NCBI RefSeq assembly: GCF_964204645.1
Contig: NC_134027.1
Span: forward strand, 13,920,485-13,984,484
DNA from: Tubulanus polymorphus
Taxonomy: Eukaryota; Animalia; Nemertea
Direction: 5' to 3'
DNA: 64,000 nt
Shown: in pieces, positions 61,897 to 64,000 of the stretch
How positions within the stretch are numbered: position 1 is the first letter of the stretch
Layout of the letters: each line of letters begins with the position of its first letter
Notes under the pieces: model-generated
Seen by the model: the letters and a program-made list of their open reading frames with translations, nothing else
What the model was told of the DNA's origin: nothing
The model's database searches: none
Program-made: the position numbers and the translations under genes

Positions 61897-63008
61897 ACTA
61901 GGGGTCCAGGGACACCATGCCCACTTGGGAACTGGTTCCAAATGCTCAACAATCTAACAATTTCAATATTCAACACCCCCTGGTGACCATATACAAAAAC
62001 CAATGACCTTGAAACTCACCACAATCATAGAACATGTCAGCAGCTACGATTTTGTAATTGATTGTGATAACAAAATATGCCTCGTTACCAATTTAATATG
62101 GAAATACTAAGTTATTCTACTATTCAACGACCCCTGGTGACCATATTCAAAACCCAATGACCTTGAAACTCACCACAATCATAGAACATGTCACGAACTA
62201 TAACTTAGTAATTGATCATGGTAACAAAATATGCCTAGGTACCAATATAATAAGGAAATACTAAGTTATTCTACTATTCAACGCCCCCTGGTGACCATAT
62301 AGAATAACTAATGGCCTCAAAACTTGCCACAATCATAGATGATGTCATGAGCTACAACTTTGCAATTGATTGTGGTACAAAATATGCATTGATACGAATA
62401 AAATATAGAAATACTAAGATATTGTATTATTCAACGCCCCCTGGTGGCCATATACAAAAACCAATGACCTTGAAACTCACCACAATCATAGAACACATTA
62501 TGAGCTACACGTTTCTAATCGATTGTGGTAACAAAATATGCTTAGGTATCAATATAATGTTGAAAAACTTTTTCCCACCTACGAATGAGTACTGATGACA
62601 CCAAGCACTAAAAAAGGTCATAGACATAGGATGGTCATCTTGAGTCCGATCGACCCAATTTTTGTTATGCTGATGGGTCCTTCGGGGAATCACATATAAA
62701 CAAAAGATCAAGGTAATTGATCAAAGCGTCTTCAAAACCTCCCTCAAAAAGTTAAAAAATGTGTAAAAAGTGCTTATTTTGGCGAACAACAATGGCTGCC
62801 AGTCGGCCATCTTGATTCTGACAGGGCCAGTTTTGGCCTGAAGATGTGTCTAGGGTAGATACATGTGTAACCCAAATATCAAGACATTACATTGAAGCGT
62901 CTTCAAAACTTCCCAAAATAACTGGATTCCGTCTACGGACTGATGGACGAACGGACGAAAAGTGAACGCAATAGCCTGCTGGGACTAAAGTCCCAAGTGG
63001 GCTAAAAA
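61897..63008 (-). mobile_element. HINE family 1 with both ends, four monomers and an internal deletion
   Basis: Both termini and both sub-TIRs are present; sequence is missing at about 62605 relative to 38689-39968. Confidence 0.9.
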
Positions 63009-63174
63009 CATTGTTTTTTTTTCATTGAAGTATTAACAGTTATTCATATGTTCTCATATGTGTATACTCATATGTTCTCATATGTGTATACAGGTATTAA
63101 CTTTCTAAAACTGGAGTACAGGTTGATTTACTTCTGCTCGTAAAGAATCAGGTCAGTGTGTTGATTATTTACAA

Positions 63175-63545
63175 GGTACCAATCTAATTAGGAAATGGTA
63201 AGTAATTCTACTATTCAACACCCCCTGGTGACTATATAGGCCTACAATAACTAATGTCCTTAAAACTCACCAAAATCATGGACCATATCATGAGCTAGGC
63301 CTACAACTTTGCAATCGATGTGGTTACAAAACATGCATATACAAATAGGCCTTGAATATAGAAATACTAAGTTATTGTATTATTCAACACCCCCTGGTGG
63401 CCATATACGAAAACCAATGACCTTGAAACTCACCAAAATCATAGAACACGTTATGGGCTATAACTTTGCAATTGATTGTGGTAACACAATATGCTTCGGT
63501 ATCAAAATAATGTGGAAACAATTTTTCCCACCTAGGAATGAGAAC
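63175..63545 (-). mobile_element. HINE family 1 fragment (last two monomers)
   Basis: Monomers homologous to 39069-39400. Confidence 0.75.
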
Positions 63546-63723
63546 ATGCTAACATTCAATGATAGAATATCAATAAACATCTGTATGGGCAACGGGCGGT
63601 TACTTTTCAGGTTTTAGGAAAGCCAGCCCTGTTGGCGATTGTGTGTACGTACGACTGAGCGTCTCCGTGAGCGATGTATTGTATTAATGTGTAGCGTGAA
63701 TCTACTACTGGTGGCCTACTTAT

Positions 63724-64000
63724 TTACCTATTAGTACAGGAATTGCACTATGTAGTGTCAATTACTCCTCAGAAAATTCAAGGTAAAATCCAAGTTCATT
63801 ACCATACTGAATAGCTCATTTGTTGTTTATTTCCATGCATTACAAGTTCCTGTTATTTTGTAGTAAATAGTCAAGGCTTTCATATGATGTAAGATTTGAT
63901 GAGGTGGGCCACCAAAATCGTGTCCTTTTGGCCCCCAAAATTCATCCAAACTTACTTGAATTTGAAGTGAGCGCTCAGATGTATCATGTTCAAACTCCAA
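63724..64000. mobile_element. Second, diverged copy of the piggyBac MITE at 59800, cut by the window end
   Basis: caggaattgcactatgtagtgtcaattactcctcagaaaattcaagg... matches 59812 onward. Confidence 0.8.

Noticed and set aside
61016-64000. MARCHF6 first coding exon or promoter
   Set aside because: No convincing short ATG exon with a phase-1 donor was found; the region is mostly HINE and MITE sequence, so the exon probably lies beyond the window.

Overview
AT-rich eukaryotic DNA with spliceosomal introns, most likely from a bilaterian invertebrate. The whole window lies inside one host gene on the minus strand, the RING-CH E3 ubiquitin ligase MARCHF6 (MARCH6/TEB4/Doa10). Nine small GT-AG coding exons (816 nt in total, from 61015 down to 8822) splice in frame; the start exon and the 3' exons were not found in the window. 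The introns are packed with transposable elements: a structurally complete DIRS1 tyrosine-recombinase retrotransposon, an apparently intact two-gene PIF/Harbinger element, a hAT-type element and related MITEs with unusual 6-bp target duplications, decayed piggyBac, Gypsy, Penelope, LINE and ISL2EU/Kolobok-type sequences, many MITEs, and about ten copies of a Helentron-type non-autonomous element (HINE). The most striking observations concern that HINE: each 154-bp internal monomer carries a CTCF-like motif (near-consensus in several), nearly all copies share the host gene's orientation, and five copies end 70-310 bp upstream of MARCHF6 splice acceptors. All calls were read by eye with no searches, and boundaries of degenerate repeats are approximate.
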